Assembly: GCA_963666055.2 (NCBI GenBank)
Contig: CAXWPH010000015.1
Span: 576,001 to 640,000 of the forward strand
Reading direction: 5' to 3'
Source: Acidobacteriota bacterium
GTDB taxonomy: Bacteria > Acidobacteriota > UBA890 > WLXD01
DNA: 64,000 bases
Part shown: positions 49,542 through 58,854 of the stretch, in pieces
Position numbering within the stretch: position 1 is the first letter of the stretch
How the letters are laid out: each line of letters begins with the position of its first letter
The notes under the pieces: generated by a model
Database searches by the model: none
Told to the model about the DNA's origin: nothing
The model's input: the letters and a program-made list of their open reading frames with translations, nothing else
Translations under genes and position numbers: made by a program

Positions 49542-50711
49542 CTAGTCTGATTCCGACAACGCCAGCACAGCGAAGGCGGTCGCCAGATCGGACATGAACA
49601 GCCTGCGGACGGCCTCGCCCTTCTCGCCGCCGTGCTCGCGGTCGAAGTTGAGCGAATGCGTCCGCCACGCGAGTGGCGTTTGATCGTTGACCTTCACCGC
49701 CTCCTGGCTAGCGCGCAGCCATTTCAGCCCTCGGTCAACCGCGGGTTGGCTCGTTGGCTCGCCGGCTTCCCGGAGCACATGCACGACCAACCCGGTGGCG
49801 TAACCGTCTGACTTCGCCAGCAGCGTGTCGTCGAGCTCGCCCGGGGACTTGAACGGTGCCTCCGACCCGCTCCACCGCCATTCGCCGAGCGACCAGAGCG
49901 ACCAGCCGCCGTCGTCCTGCTGGCGTTGCTGGAGCTCCTCGATCAGAGCCTCCTGTTGCACCGTTGTCAGCAGACCCTCGAGCTGCGTCGACGCCAACAG
50001 CACCCACGTACGGTTGTAGAGATTGCGCGTCGCATAGCTCGCCCTCAGATAGGCGCGAAGTCCCTCGACACCGGCCGCAGCCTGGAGCTGCGTGCTGGCG
50101 GCGGCCGCTCCCGCCCTGCCGATCGCCAGCGCGGCAAGCGTCGAGCCATGATAGACGGCTTCGACCGTCTCGAAGGGCTCCAGGCCGAACTGGAGCCAAT
50201 CCCAGGCACCGTCCGGACGCTGAGTCTCCCACAGCCGCCGCAGCGCTCGCTGCGTCACCTCGTCAGACGCGTCGGCGGCGGCGGCGATCAGGATCAGCGC
50301 GTTGAGGACCGCCTCTGTGCCGCGCGACTCGACCTTCTTCGTCTCGCTGAACTCGTAGAGAAGCTCGTGATCGGGGTACGTTTCGACGCGCTCGATGACC
50401 TGCGCGAGCAGCCGGCGCTCCTGAGGTGTCGGAGCCTCGACGCCCATCTCCTGCCTGAGCACCGGACGCGACAGCGCATAGGGAAGGGTCGTGTGGCAGG
50501 AGACACAGTTCGTGGTGCCGCTCCCGGTGCGTAGGGGCGTGCCCTCGGCCAGCCAGATCTCCATACGCGCGTCGAGATAGCTGGCGGCGCCTGTCGGATC
50601 CCATTCGCCGTCCTCGGCCGGGCGCTCCGACGGAGCCACCGCGTGAGCCGTGACTCCGGCGAGCACAGCGGCCAATGCAAGACTGATCGCGAGCCCCCTG
50701 ACGGGTCTCAT
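49542..50711 (-). CDS. Secreted prenyltransferase/squalene-cyclase repeat protein with CxxCH
   Basis: QW-like repeats QRPDGAW and QQDDGGW; CVSCH; signal peptide. Confidence 0.7.
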   Translation of the reverse strand: MRPVRGLAISLALAAVLAGVTAHAVAPSERPAEDGEWDPTGAASYLDARMEIWLAEGTPLRTGSGTTNCVSCHTTLPYALSRPVLRQEMGVEAPTPQERRLLAQVIERVETYPDHELLYEFSETKKVESRGTEAVLNALILIAAAADASDEVTQRALRRLWETQRPDGAWDWLQFGLEPFETVEAVYHGSTLAALAIGRAGAAAASTQLQAAAGVEGLRAYLRASYATRNLYNRTWVLLASTQLEGLLTTVQQEALIEELQQRQQDDGGWSLWSLGEWRWSGSEAPFKSPGELDDTLLAKSDGYATGLVVHVLREAGEPTSQPAVDRGLKWLRASQEAVKVNDQTPLAWRTHSLNFDREHGGEKGEAVRRLFMSDLATAFAVLALSESD

Positions 50712-50766
50712 TCGGTACCTCTCTGGCTGACCGGGACGCTCTCGAGCTGCGGGAGACGCTACCACC

Positions 50767-50803
50767 CTAGCAGGCCGTGGTGGGAGTGTGGCGGGCCTGC
50801 TAG
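50767..50803 (+). repeat. Single family A TIR flanked by CTAG on both sides
   Basis: ctag-caggccgtggtgggagtgtggcgggcctg-ctag (28/29 to the TIR), abutting the dppF-like stop. Confidence 0.88.
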
Positions 50804-51787
50804 CTACGCTTCCTTCGACCCGCGCCACGCCGCAAGGGCATCCTCGGCGTAGTGACACGCGACCTCGTGGCCCGGCGTCAGCTCTCGAAGAATCGGCCGC
50901 TCGTTGCGGCAGCGCTCCTGCACCAGCGGGCACCGGGGGTGGAAAGCGCACCCCGGCGGTGGGGCGCTCGGACTCGGCGGGCTCCCATACAGCACCACCG
51001 GCACCCGACGGTGGCGTTGATGGAGCTGCGGCACTGCCGAGCGCAGCGCCTGGGAATAGGGGTGCGCCGGAGCGTCGAGCAGATTCGCCGTCGCCCCCTG
51101 CTCGATGATACGCCCCAGGTACAGCACGGCCGTCTCTTCGCACAGCTTGGCGATCAACGCCAGGTTGTGGGAGATCAGCAAGTAGGCCAAGCGTCGCTCC
51201 CGGCGCAGGTTCCCGATAAGCGCCAGAATCCGTGCCTGCACGGTCACATCGACAGCGCTTGTCGGCTCGTCCAGCACCAGCACCCGGGGGCGCACGGCGA
51301 GCGCGCGGGCCAGCACGACGCGCTGCCGCTGACCACCCGACAGCTGATGCGGGTAACGGTCGGCGTGCTGAGGCTCGAGCTCTACCTCGGCAAGATGCTG
51401 CTGCACGCGCTCGGACATCTCGTCGCGGGCAACGATATCGTGTGCGATCAACGCTTCGCGCACCGCCTCGCCGACCTTCATTCGTGGATCGAGGCTGGAA
51501 TCGGTGTCTTGGAAGACGATCTGCACCGCCCTTCGAAAAGCCTTCAGCGACCGCCCTCGGAGCGCTTGTACCTCTTCCCCATCGAGCCGGATCGTACCCG
51601 CCGAAAGCGGCACCAGCCGAGTCACGGCGCGCGCCAGCGTCGTCTTCCCGGAGCCACTCTCGCCAACCAGACCCAGGCCGAACGGTCCCGCTGGCAGCTC
51701 GAAAGAGACACCGTCGACAGCGCGGACGTTGCCGAAGCGCACCTGCACGTCCTGCACACTCAGCAACGAGGGCAACGGCTCGTTCAT
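50804..51787 (-). CDS. Oligopeptide/dipeptide ABC transporter ATP-binding protein (DppF-like)
   Basis: GESGSGKT, LSGGQRQR, DEPT and GCAFHPRC. Confidence 0.93.
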   Translation of the reverse strand: MNEPLPSLLSVQDVQVRFGNVRAVDGVSFELPAGPFGLGLVGESGSGKTTLARAVTRLVPLSAGTIRLDGEEVQALRGRSLKAFRRAVQIVFQDTDSSLDPRMKVGEAVREALIAHDIVARDEMSERVQQHLAEVELEPQHADRYPHQLSGGQRQRVVLARALAVRPRVLVLDEPTSAVDVTVQARILALIGNLRRERRLAYLLISHNLALIAKLCEETAVLYLGRIIEQGATANLLDAPAHPYSQALRSAVPQLHQRHRRVPVVLYGSPPSPSAPPPGCAFHPRCPLVQERCRNERPILRELTPGHEVACHYAEDALAAWRGSKEA

Positions 51788-52602
51788 AGGGCCCCTTCCT
51801 CGACCGTCAGCGTGGGCACCGCGTCCAGGAGCTCACGGGTATAGGGCTCGCGAGGATCCGAAAGCGTCCACCCGGTCGGGCCGACCTCGACGAGCTTCCC
51901 GCCCCGCATCACGGCAACGCGATCGCACAGCTCGGCAAGCACGGACAGGTCGTGGCTGATGAAGAGCACCGACACCGAGCGCTCATCCCGCAGCTGGCGC
52001 AGCAGCTGCAGAATCTCGGCCTGCACGGTGACATCCAACGAGCTCGTGGGCTCGTCAGCCACCAGCAGGCGCGTGCCGAGCGCTAACGCCAGCGCAATCG
52101 CAACGCGCTGCGCCTGGCCGCCGGAGAGCTGATGCGGATAGCGATGCAGCAGCTCGGGATCGAGTAAGACGCCGCGCATGGCTTCGGCGGCGCGACGATG
52201 CGACGCGGCGCGCGAAAGTCCGTGCAGTCGCAGCGCGCGCCGCACGACATCACCTACTCGGAACACCGGATTGAACGCCGCCACCGGATTCTGAAAGACC
52301 ATCGCGATCCGCCGCCCGCGAATCCCGCGGAGCCAGGCTTCGGAGCGCCCCACAAGCTGTTCGCCCTCGAGAAGGATACTGCCCGAGACCTGCGCTCCGA
52401 GCTTGGTCGCCAGACCGAGGACGGCGTACGCGGTGAGCGACTTGCCCGCTCCACTCTCGCCGGCCAGTCCGAGGATCTCCCCCTCGAACAGGTCCAGCGT
52501 CTCGAGCTCGACAACGCGGTGGTCTCCAAAGCGGATCACCAGGTCGCGGATCTGCAATCGGGCGTCCATCCCAGCCGAGCCGGGCGACGCAGCGGCGCTC
52601 AT
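51784..52602 (-). CDS. Oligopeptide/dipeptide ABC transporter ATP-binding protein (DppD-like)
   Basis: GESGAGKS, LSGGQAQR and ADEPT. Confidence 0.92.
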   Translation of the reverse strand: MSAAASPGSAGMDARLQIRDLVIRFGDHRVVELETLDLFEGEILGLAGESGAGKSLTAYAVLGLATKLGAQVSGSILLEGEQLVGRSEAWLRGIRGRRIAMVFQNPVAAFNPVFRVGDVVRRALRLHGLSRAASHRRAAEAMRGVLLDPELLHRYPHQLSGGQAQRVAIALALALGTRLLVADEPTSSLDVTVQAEILQLLRQLRDERSVSVLFISHDLSVLAELCDRVAVMRGGKLVEVGPTGWTLSDPREPYTRELLDAVPTLTVEEGAL

Positions 52603-53483
52603 GAGGACACCGCCATGCGCTTCGGATCGAGGACCTCTCGCAGACCATCACCGATCAAGTTGAACGCCATCGCGGCGAGCAGGATCGCGGCGCCCGGGAA
52701 CGTCACTACCCACCAATGGGTGGTGAAGTAGGAGCGCCCCTGGCTCACCATCAAGCCCCACTCCGGTACCGGGTCCTGTGCGCCGAGCCCGAGGAACGAC
52801 ATCGCGGCCGATACCAGGATGACCCCGCCGAGGTCGAGCGAGACCTGCACGACGATCGGCGTTACCGCGTTCGGGAGCACGTGCCGGAAGACGATGCGGG
52901 TGTCGCTCAACCCCAGGGCACGACAGCTCTCGACCAGCTGCCGCCCAGCCACCGACGAGGCCTGGCCGCGCGCCAAGCGCGCGTACCAAGGCCACCAGGC
53001 AACCGCCAGCGCGATCGTCGCCGAGGCGATGCTGGGCGTCAGCACCGCCACCAGCGCCAGCGCCAGCAACAACGGTGGAAACGCCAGGAAGACATCGACC
53101 AACCGCATGATCAAGTCGTCGACGCGGCCACCGAAGTAGCCCGCCGCAATGCCGAGCGGCACGCCCACGAGACAGGCGAGCGTCAGAACGAGCGCGGCGA
53201 TCGACAACGAGACGCGGGCGCCGTACAGGACACGGGTCAGGAGATCGCGCCCCAGCTGATCCGTTCCGAACGGATGGCTCCACGATGGCGGCTGTAGAGT
53301 GTCCTCCAGATGCACGGTGGTGTCGGCATCCGATGGCGCCGGCGAGAGCAGCGGCGCACCCAGCGCCATCAGCAACAGCACGAGCCCGAGGGTCGACCCC
53401 ATGGCGAGCAGCGGATTGTCCCGCCACCACGCAACCGCAACTGCCGAGGACGACGGCTGGCTTTCGGCGTGGGCGCGACTCAT
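52599..53483 (-). CDS. ABC transporter permease (DppC-like)
   Basis: HPFGTDQLGRD, HVLPNA and SFLGLG. Confidence 0.93.
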   Translation of the reverse strand: MSRAHAESQPSSSAVAVAWWRDNPLLAMGSTLGLVLLLMALGAPLLSPAPSDADTTVHLEDTLQPPSWSHPFGTDQLGRDLLTRVLYGARVSLSIAALVLTLACLVGVPLGIAAGYFGGRVDDLIMRLVDVFLAFPPLLLALALVAVLTPSIASATIALAVAWWPWYARLARGQASSVAGRQLVESCRALGLSDTRIVFRHVLPNAVTPIVVQVSLDLGGVILVSAAMSFLGLGAQDPVPEWGLMVSQGRSYFTTHWWVVTFPGAAILLAAMAFNLIGDGLREVLDPKRMAVSS

Positions 53484-54517
53484 TGCAGGCGGATCCGCGG
53501 GTCGATGGCGGCCTGCAACAGGTCGACGGCGAGGTTGCCCAACACGTACGCCAACGCAACGACGAGCGTGATGCCGACGATCGCCGGCGTGTCCAGCGAC
53601 TGCACGGCCAAGGCCGCGTAGAGCCCGAGCCCCGGCCAGTTGAAGATCGCCTCGACCAGGAATGTGTTCGCCAGCGAGTAGGCGAAGATCAGCGCCGTCA
53701 CCGTGATCACCGGGTTCAGGGCCGGCTTTAGCGCGAAGCGGCCGAAGACGGCCGCCTCGGAGAATCCGAGCGAGCGGACCATCTGGATGTGGGTGTCGCC
53801 AAGGGTCTCGAGCACCGAGGCACGAACCATGCGAGCGACGACACCCATCGGGTAGGCGGCCAGCACGAGCGCTGGCATGACCAGGTGGGCCAGCGAGCTG
53901 CGCAGTACCGGCCCGTTGAGCCCGATCAGCGCATCGAGCACCGTCATGCCGGTGTAGCTGACGAGTCGGCTGGTGTAGTAGAGGGCAGGATCGTAACGGC
54001 CCGCGACGGGCAACAGCTCGAGCTTTTCGAAAAAGACCAGCTGCAGGATCGGCGCTAGCCAGAATACCGGCATGGAGACGCCGATCACCGAAACCAGCCT
54101 CACGAGCACATCGGGCGCGCCACCCTTCCAGCGCGCGGCGACCAAGCCCAGGGGGTTTCCCACTATCAGCCCCAACAGCAAAGCCGTTCCAACGAGCTCG
54201 ATCGAGGCCGGCAGCCCGACGGCGATGTCGGTAAGCACGGGCCGTCGGGTGCGCAGCGACACTCCCCAGTCACCGATCGCCACGCCGCGCAGGTAGTCCC
54301 ACAGCTGGACTCGCAACGGGCGATCGAATCCGAGGTCCTGACGCGCCTGCTCCAGCACCTCGACGGGCACGTGGCCACCGACCCACGCGGCTGCGGGATC
54401 GCTCGGGATCACCCGCGAGATGACGAACGTCAGCACCACGACCCCGATGACCACCAGCAGCCCGGTGGCGATACGGCGGCCGATGTAACGAACTAGGGAT
54501 GCCGTCTCTGGTCGCAC
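53480..54517 (-). CDS. ABC transporter permease (DppB-like)
   Basis: RYIGRR, GDWGVS, SMPVFW and VEAIFNWPGLG; start uncertain (GTG 54517 chosen). Confidence 0.88.
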   Translation of the reverse strand: MRPETASLVRYIGRRIATGLLVVIGVVVLTFVISRVIPSDPAAAWVGGHVPVEVLEQARQDLGFDRPLRVQLWDYLRGVAIGDWGVSLRTRRPVLTDIAVGLPASIELVGTALLLGLIVGNPLGLVAARWKGGAPDVLVRLVSVIGVSMPVFWLAPILQLVFFEKLELLPVAGRYDPALYYTSRLVSYTGMTVLDALIGLNGPVLRSSLAHLVMPALVLAAYPMGVVARMVRASVLETLGDTHIQMVRSLGFSEAAVFGRFALKPALNPVITVTALIFAYSLANTFLVEAIFNWPGLGLYAALAVQSLDTPAIVGITLVVALAYVLGNLAVDLLQAAIDPRIRLQ

Positions 54518-54628
54518 GACATGGCGTTTCCCACAGCTGGCCGCCGACGTCAACTTCGCCGGCGATCGCGGCCTCCACGCACCGTGCTAGGATCGCCGCT
54601 TCCTGGTGGGAGTCAGTGTCCTGTTTAA

Positions 54629-55797
54629 GGAAGGTCTGATCAATTGGCCGTCAGTCAGGATGGAGCCTGATTGGAGGAACTGGTCGGCATGAGGGTGGGA
54701 ATGCAGTCGCCCTCCGAGCTGCTGCCGACGGGTTCAACCGCGACGGCGGCCTCTCAGGGTGCCTGTTTCAGGTGTGCGCGAGCAGCACCTTGCGTGCCAT
54801 GAATAGGTTGGCCAACGCGCAGGTCACGAAGAGCCGGTGCGCGTTCTTGTGGAGCCCTCGGTATCGGACCTTTCTGAAGCCGAAGATGCGCTTGATCACC
54901 AGCATCGGGTGCTCGACTTTGGCCCGCACCTTCGACTTGGTGCGGTTTCGAGCTCGGTCTCGCTCGGTCAGTGGCCGGTGACGGTGCCCTTTCTTGTTGG
55001 TGAAGTCCTTGGCACCGGGAGCACACCGGACAATGACCTCCCGTCGGCCCGTATAAGCGCTGTCTCCCCACACCCGCGTCTCCTGCCCATGCAGCAGATC
55101 CTCTAGCACCTGGCTGTCATGGACATTGGCGGCGGTGGCCACGACCGAGTGAATGAGCTTGGATTTGCTGTCCACACCGAAGTGTCCCTTCATCCCGAAG
55201 TACCATTGGTTGCCCTTCTTGGTCGAGCGCATCTCCGGATCCCGCTGCTTGGCCTTGTTCTTGGTCGATGACGGGGCGGTGATGATCGTCGCGTCGACGA
55301 TGGTGCCCGTGCTGACCTTCAGCCCCCGCCCCTGCAGGTGCTCGGCAACGATGTGGAACACCTGCACGCCCAGCTCGTGGGTCTCCAGAAGGTGCCGGAA
55401 CTTGCACACCGTCGTCTCGTCCGGCGCCGGCTCCCGTCCCAGATCGATCCCCACGAAGGCACGCATCGCCCGCGAGTCGTACAGCGCCTCCTCCACCCCC
55501 GGGTCCGACAGGTTGAACCACTGCTGCATGAAGTAGATGCGCAGCATCCTCTCCAGCCCGACTGGGCGCCGTCCCGCTCCCTTCGGCTTCGGATACACCG
55601 GCTCGATCAAAGCGCACAGCTGGGCCCACGGCACCACCTGATCCATCTCTGCCAGGAACCGCTCCCGGCGGGTCACCTTCCGGTACTGCTCAAAGGACCC
55701 TTCGGCAAGCGTCTGCTGGCGCATTCCCTTCTCCCTCTGGCGGCGTGATCGGATCCGCGTGCATTATCCCATCGAACCCGAATTGATCAGAGGTTCC
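54629..55797 (-). mobile_element. IS5 family insertion sequence (1169 bp)
   Basis: IRs ggaaggtctgatcaatt / aattgatcagaggttcc (15/17); TTAA duplication at 54625-54628 and 55798-55801. Confidence 0.95.
54768..55724 (-). CDS. IS5 family DDE transposase
   Basis: QQWFNLSDPGVEEALYD, IVDATII, WYFGMK, GDSAY and RAKVEHP. Confidence 0.96.
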   Translation of the reverse strand: MRQQTLAEGSFEQYRKVTRRERFLAEMDQVVPWAQLCALIEPVYPKPKGAGRRPVGLERMLRIYFMQQWFNLSDPGVEEALYDSRAMRAFVGIDLGREPAPDETTVCKFRHLLETHELGVQVFHIVAEHLQGRGLKVSTGTIVDATIITAPSSTKNKAKQRDPEMRSTKKGNQWYFGMKGHFGVDSKSKLIHSVVATAANVHDSQVLEDLLHGQETRVWGDSAYTGRREVIVRCAPGAKDFTNKKGHRHRPLTERDRARNRTKSKVRAKVEHPMLVIKRIFGFRKVRYRGLHKNAHRLFVTCALANLFMARKVLLAHT

Positions 55798-55813
55798 TTA
55801 ACTCAGTAGCGGC

Positions 55814-57904
55814 ATGCCGGACATGCGTCTCGGGATCGACGTAGGCGGGACGTTCGTTGACTTCGTGCTGCTCGAGGAGCAGTCCGGACGAACCCGTATC
55901 GAGAAGGTCCACGCCGCGGGCCCGCTGCAGGAGCGCTGTTTCGAGGGCTTCGAGAGGCTCGATCTAGAGCTGCGAGACCTGGCAATGCTGATCCACGGCT
56001 CGACCTTGGTAATCAACACCATCGTGCAGGAATCCGGCGCTCGCGTCGGTTTGATCACCACCTCGGGCTTTCGCGACGTCCTCGAGCTCGGCCGCGGCAA
56101 TCGGGCAGATATCTACGACCTGTTCTACAAGCCGCCGCCGCCCCTCGTGCCGCGCCAGCGAAGGCACGAGGTAGGCGAGCGCATGAGCCATCGCGGCGAG
56201 GTGCTGGAGCCCCTCGACGAGGAAGGGGCCGCCGCCACGCTGGCGCTGCTGAGCGATCAACAGGTCGAGGGGGTCGCTATCTGTTTCTTGCACGCCTACG
56301 CGAACTCCACTCATGAGCAGCGCATGGCCGAGATCGTTCGCGCCGCCATGCCGAACGTCACGGTGAGCGTCTCTTCCGACCTGGTACGGGAGCACAGGGA
56401 GTTCGAGCGCACCTCGACGACGGTGCTCAATGCCTACGTGCAGCCGCGAATGGGCGCGTACCTCTCGAGCCTCGACCGCGGCCTGCGACAGCGCCACTAC
56501 CAGGGGCCGTTCACCATCATGCAATCATCCGGCGGTATGACGTTCGTGGACGGCGCGATGAAGGCGCCGATTCGAACGGTTCAGTCGGGCCCGGCCGGGG
56601 GCGTCATCGCCGCCACGGCGTTGGGCGCCGAGCTCGGCTACGCCAAGCTGGTCTCCGCAGATGTCGGTGGGACAACGTTCGACGTCGCGCTGGTAGTGGA
56701 CGGCAAACCCCTCGAGAAGGGCGAGACTACGATCGGGCGTCGGCCGGTGCTGCAGCCAACAATCGATATCGTCTCGATCGGAGCCGGCGGCGGCAGCATT
56801 GCCTGGATCGACGGCGAGGAGGGCCTGCAAGTCGGGCCGCGCAGCGCCGAAGCGCATCCGGGACCCGCCTGCTTCGGCCTGGGAGGCGAAGAGCCGACGG
56901 TGACGGATGCCCAGGTCGTGTTGGGGTACCTGGACCCGGACTTCTACCTCGGAAGTCGCATGGAGCTGGATCCGGCGGCTGCTCGGAACGCCATCGAGTC
57001 ACACATCGCCGGGCCGCTGAACATGGAGCTGAGCGCTGCCGCCAGCGGCATCATTCAGCTCACCAACATGAACATGACGCACGCGATCCGCCGAATCACC
57101 ATCGAGCGCGGGCACGATCCGCGCGAGTTCAGCCTGTTGTGCCACGGCGGCGGCGGCGGGCTGTTCGCCGGCGCCCTGATGCGGGAGCTGGAGCTACAGC
57201 GCGCCATCATCCCCGTTGACCCGGCTACGTTCTCGGCCTGGGGATTGCTAACCGCCGCCTATCGTGAGGATTCAGTGCGAACGCTCGTGCGCTCGCTGGA
57301 CGAGCTCGCCGGCGGCGAGCTGGCGGACCTGCTGGCCGACCTCACCGGCGATGCCCTGGGCAAGCTGCGGGCAGGGGGAATCGAAACCGAGGAGGCGCGA
57401 CTGCACCACTACGGCGACATGCGCTACAGCGGCCAGGAGCACACCGTTAGAGTCCCCATCCTCGAGGAGGACCTTGCCGAAGGCGACCTAGTTGCCCTCC
57501 GGGGCCGCTTCGATGCGCTGCATGAGCAGGCCTACGCGCACGCGCTACCCGATCACGCCGTCGAGCTGGTGAACTTGCGCGCGCTGGCGGAGTTGCCGAC
57601 CTTGTCCCCTCGGATCGGCGCACTCTCGGAGCGTGAGGGGCCACTGGAGCCAAAGGGGTTGCGGCAGATCTGGTTGGCGAGCGCCGACTCCCCGCTCGAC
57701 TGCCCGCTCGACTGCCCGATCTACGATCGCCACCGGCTCGGTCCCGGAGATCGTCTGCCAGGCCCGACCATCGTGGAGGAGTGGACGTCGACGACGCTGG
57801 TGGGCAGCGACCGGCCACCAGGCCGTCGTAGTCGATGCCGTGCGAGATCGCCTGGCGGACGCGCTTGTCTGCCAGGGCGCCACGCCGGATGTTCAGCAGC
57901 ATGA
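55814..57904 (+). CDS. Hydantoinase A/5-oxoprolinase family protein, 3' end replaced near 57808
   Basis: GIDVGGT, SGPAGG, DVGGTTFD, IGAGGGS and PTVTDA; homology ends at IVEEWTSTTLV, after which the sequence is antisense SBP. Confidence 0.88.
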   Translation: MPDMRLGIDVGGTFVDFVLLEEQSGRTRIEKVHAAGPLQERCFEGFERLDLELRDLAMLIHGSTLVINTIVQESGARVGLITTSGFRDVLELGRGNRADIYDLFYKPPPPLVPRQRRHEVGERMSHRGEVLEPLDEEGAAATLALLSDQQVEGVAICFLHAYANSTHEQRMAEIVRAAMPNVTVSVSSDLVREHREFERTSTTVLNAYVQPRMGAYLSSLDRGLRQRHYQGPFTIMQSSGGMTFVDGAMKAPIRTVQSGPAGGVIAATALGAELGYAKLVSADVGGTTFDVALVVDGKPLEKGETTIGRRPVLQPTIDIVSIGAGGGSIAWIDGEEGLQVGPRSAEAHPGPACFGLGGEEPTVTDAQVVLGYLDPDFYLGSRMELDPAAARNAIESHIAGPLNMELSAAASGIIQLTNMNMTHAIRRITIERGHDPREFSLLCHGGGGGLFAGALMRELELQRAIIPVDPATFSAWGLLTAAYREDSVRTLVRSLDELAGGELADLLADLTGDALGKLRAGGIETEEARLHHYGDMRYSGQEHTVRVPILEEDLAEGDLVALRGRFDALHEQAYAHALPDHAVELVNLRALAELPTLSPRIGALSEREGPLEPKGLRQIWLASADSPLDCPLDCPIYDRHRLGPGDRLPGPTIVEEWTSTTLVGSDRPPGRRSRCRARSPGGRACLPGRHAGCSAA

Positions 57905-58756
57905 GCATGTTCTGAAAGGAGGCGGACGAGGTGGTGTGGAATTCCGGGTCGTCGGTGAACGACGCCCAAAGCTGAGGGGTCAGCTTTTCGACGAAGCTCA
58001 GCTGCCGGGCCTTCAACAGCTGCGCCGCGGTGTTGGGCTCCCGCACGACACGGATGTTCACACCACGTTGCGGTAGTGATGCGGCTCCCACCCACGCCAG
58101 TAGCCGTCGTGCGCTTTCAGCCGCAGCTCAACCTCCTGTCCGCGGTGCCAGGCATCAACGGTGTAGGGCCCGGTACCGGCGTCGCGGCCCTCCGAAAACC
58201 AGTCTCCCAGCTCGTCGGCGAGGGCAGCCCGCACATCGTAGATCTCCCCCTGGTAAGCGGCCGCGGCGATCAAATCGATCGGCGCCGGGTAGCGGAGATG
58301 AAACACGAGGGTGAGCGGGTCCGGTGCCGCGATCCTCTCGACCGAGCTCCAGATATAGGCGGATCCGAGCCCCAGCGCGATGGTGCGGTCGAGGGCTTCC
58401 TTGGCAGCTTGCGCCGTCAGCCGTCTGCCGGTGTGGAAGGTGACGCCCTCCCGTAGCCTGAAGGTCCACTGCATGCCGTCCGGCGCGGCGGAGAAGCTCT
58501 CCGCCAGCAGCGGCTGTACGGTATCGGTGGCCGGGTCGTAGCGTGTCAGCCCCTCGTACATCAGCGGCATCGCCTTGACCTCGTTGGAGGCATGCGTGGC
58601 CGGATCCCAGCCGATCATCACCTCGACGGTTGACGCGATGTTGAACACCGTCGGGTCGAGGAGCCTTGTACCCTCGACGGGAGAGGTGCACGCCTGGAGG
58701 AGTAGCTGCAACCCGACGACGGCCGTCAGGGCGCAAACGGTGCGAGCTCTGCTCAC
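57812..58756 (-). pseudogene. Family 5 ABC substrate-binding protein, frameshifted near 58060 and truncated
   Basis: PLLAESF, WTFRLREGVTFH and GTGPY; continues in another frame to DKRVRQAISHGID, then ends; C-terminal part missing. Confidence 0.85.
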
Positions 58757-58854
58757 CTACGCGATCCTTCGCTTGACCTGAGACCCACTGAACGCTTAGC
58801 AATAGCGGTGCGCCACCTTAGCAGCAAACTCCGAGGATCTCACGCGAGGCTTCA

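Noticed and set aside
54518-54624. cagtgtcctgt as a family B end, and a possible racemase/isomerase C-terminal remnant upstream of dppB
   Set aside because: Only an 11-nt match without CTAG, and the peptide resemblance is too weak to call
54629-55797. IS5 transposase as mobiliser of families A, B and C
   Set aside because: Its IRs (GGAA..TCTGATCAATT) and TTAA duplication do not resemble the MITE ends or their CTAG target
57691-57718. 12-bp tandem duplication (PLDCPLDCP) in hydantoinase A
   Set aside because: In-frame slippage of about two copies; no sign of a functional array
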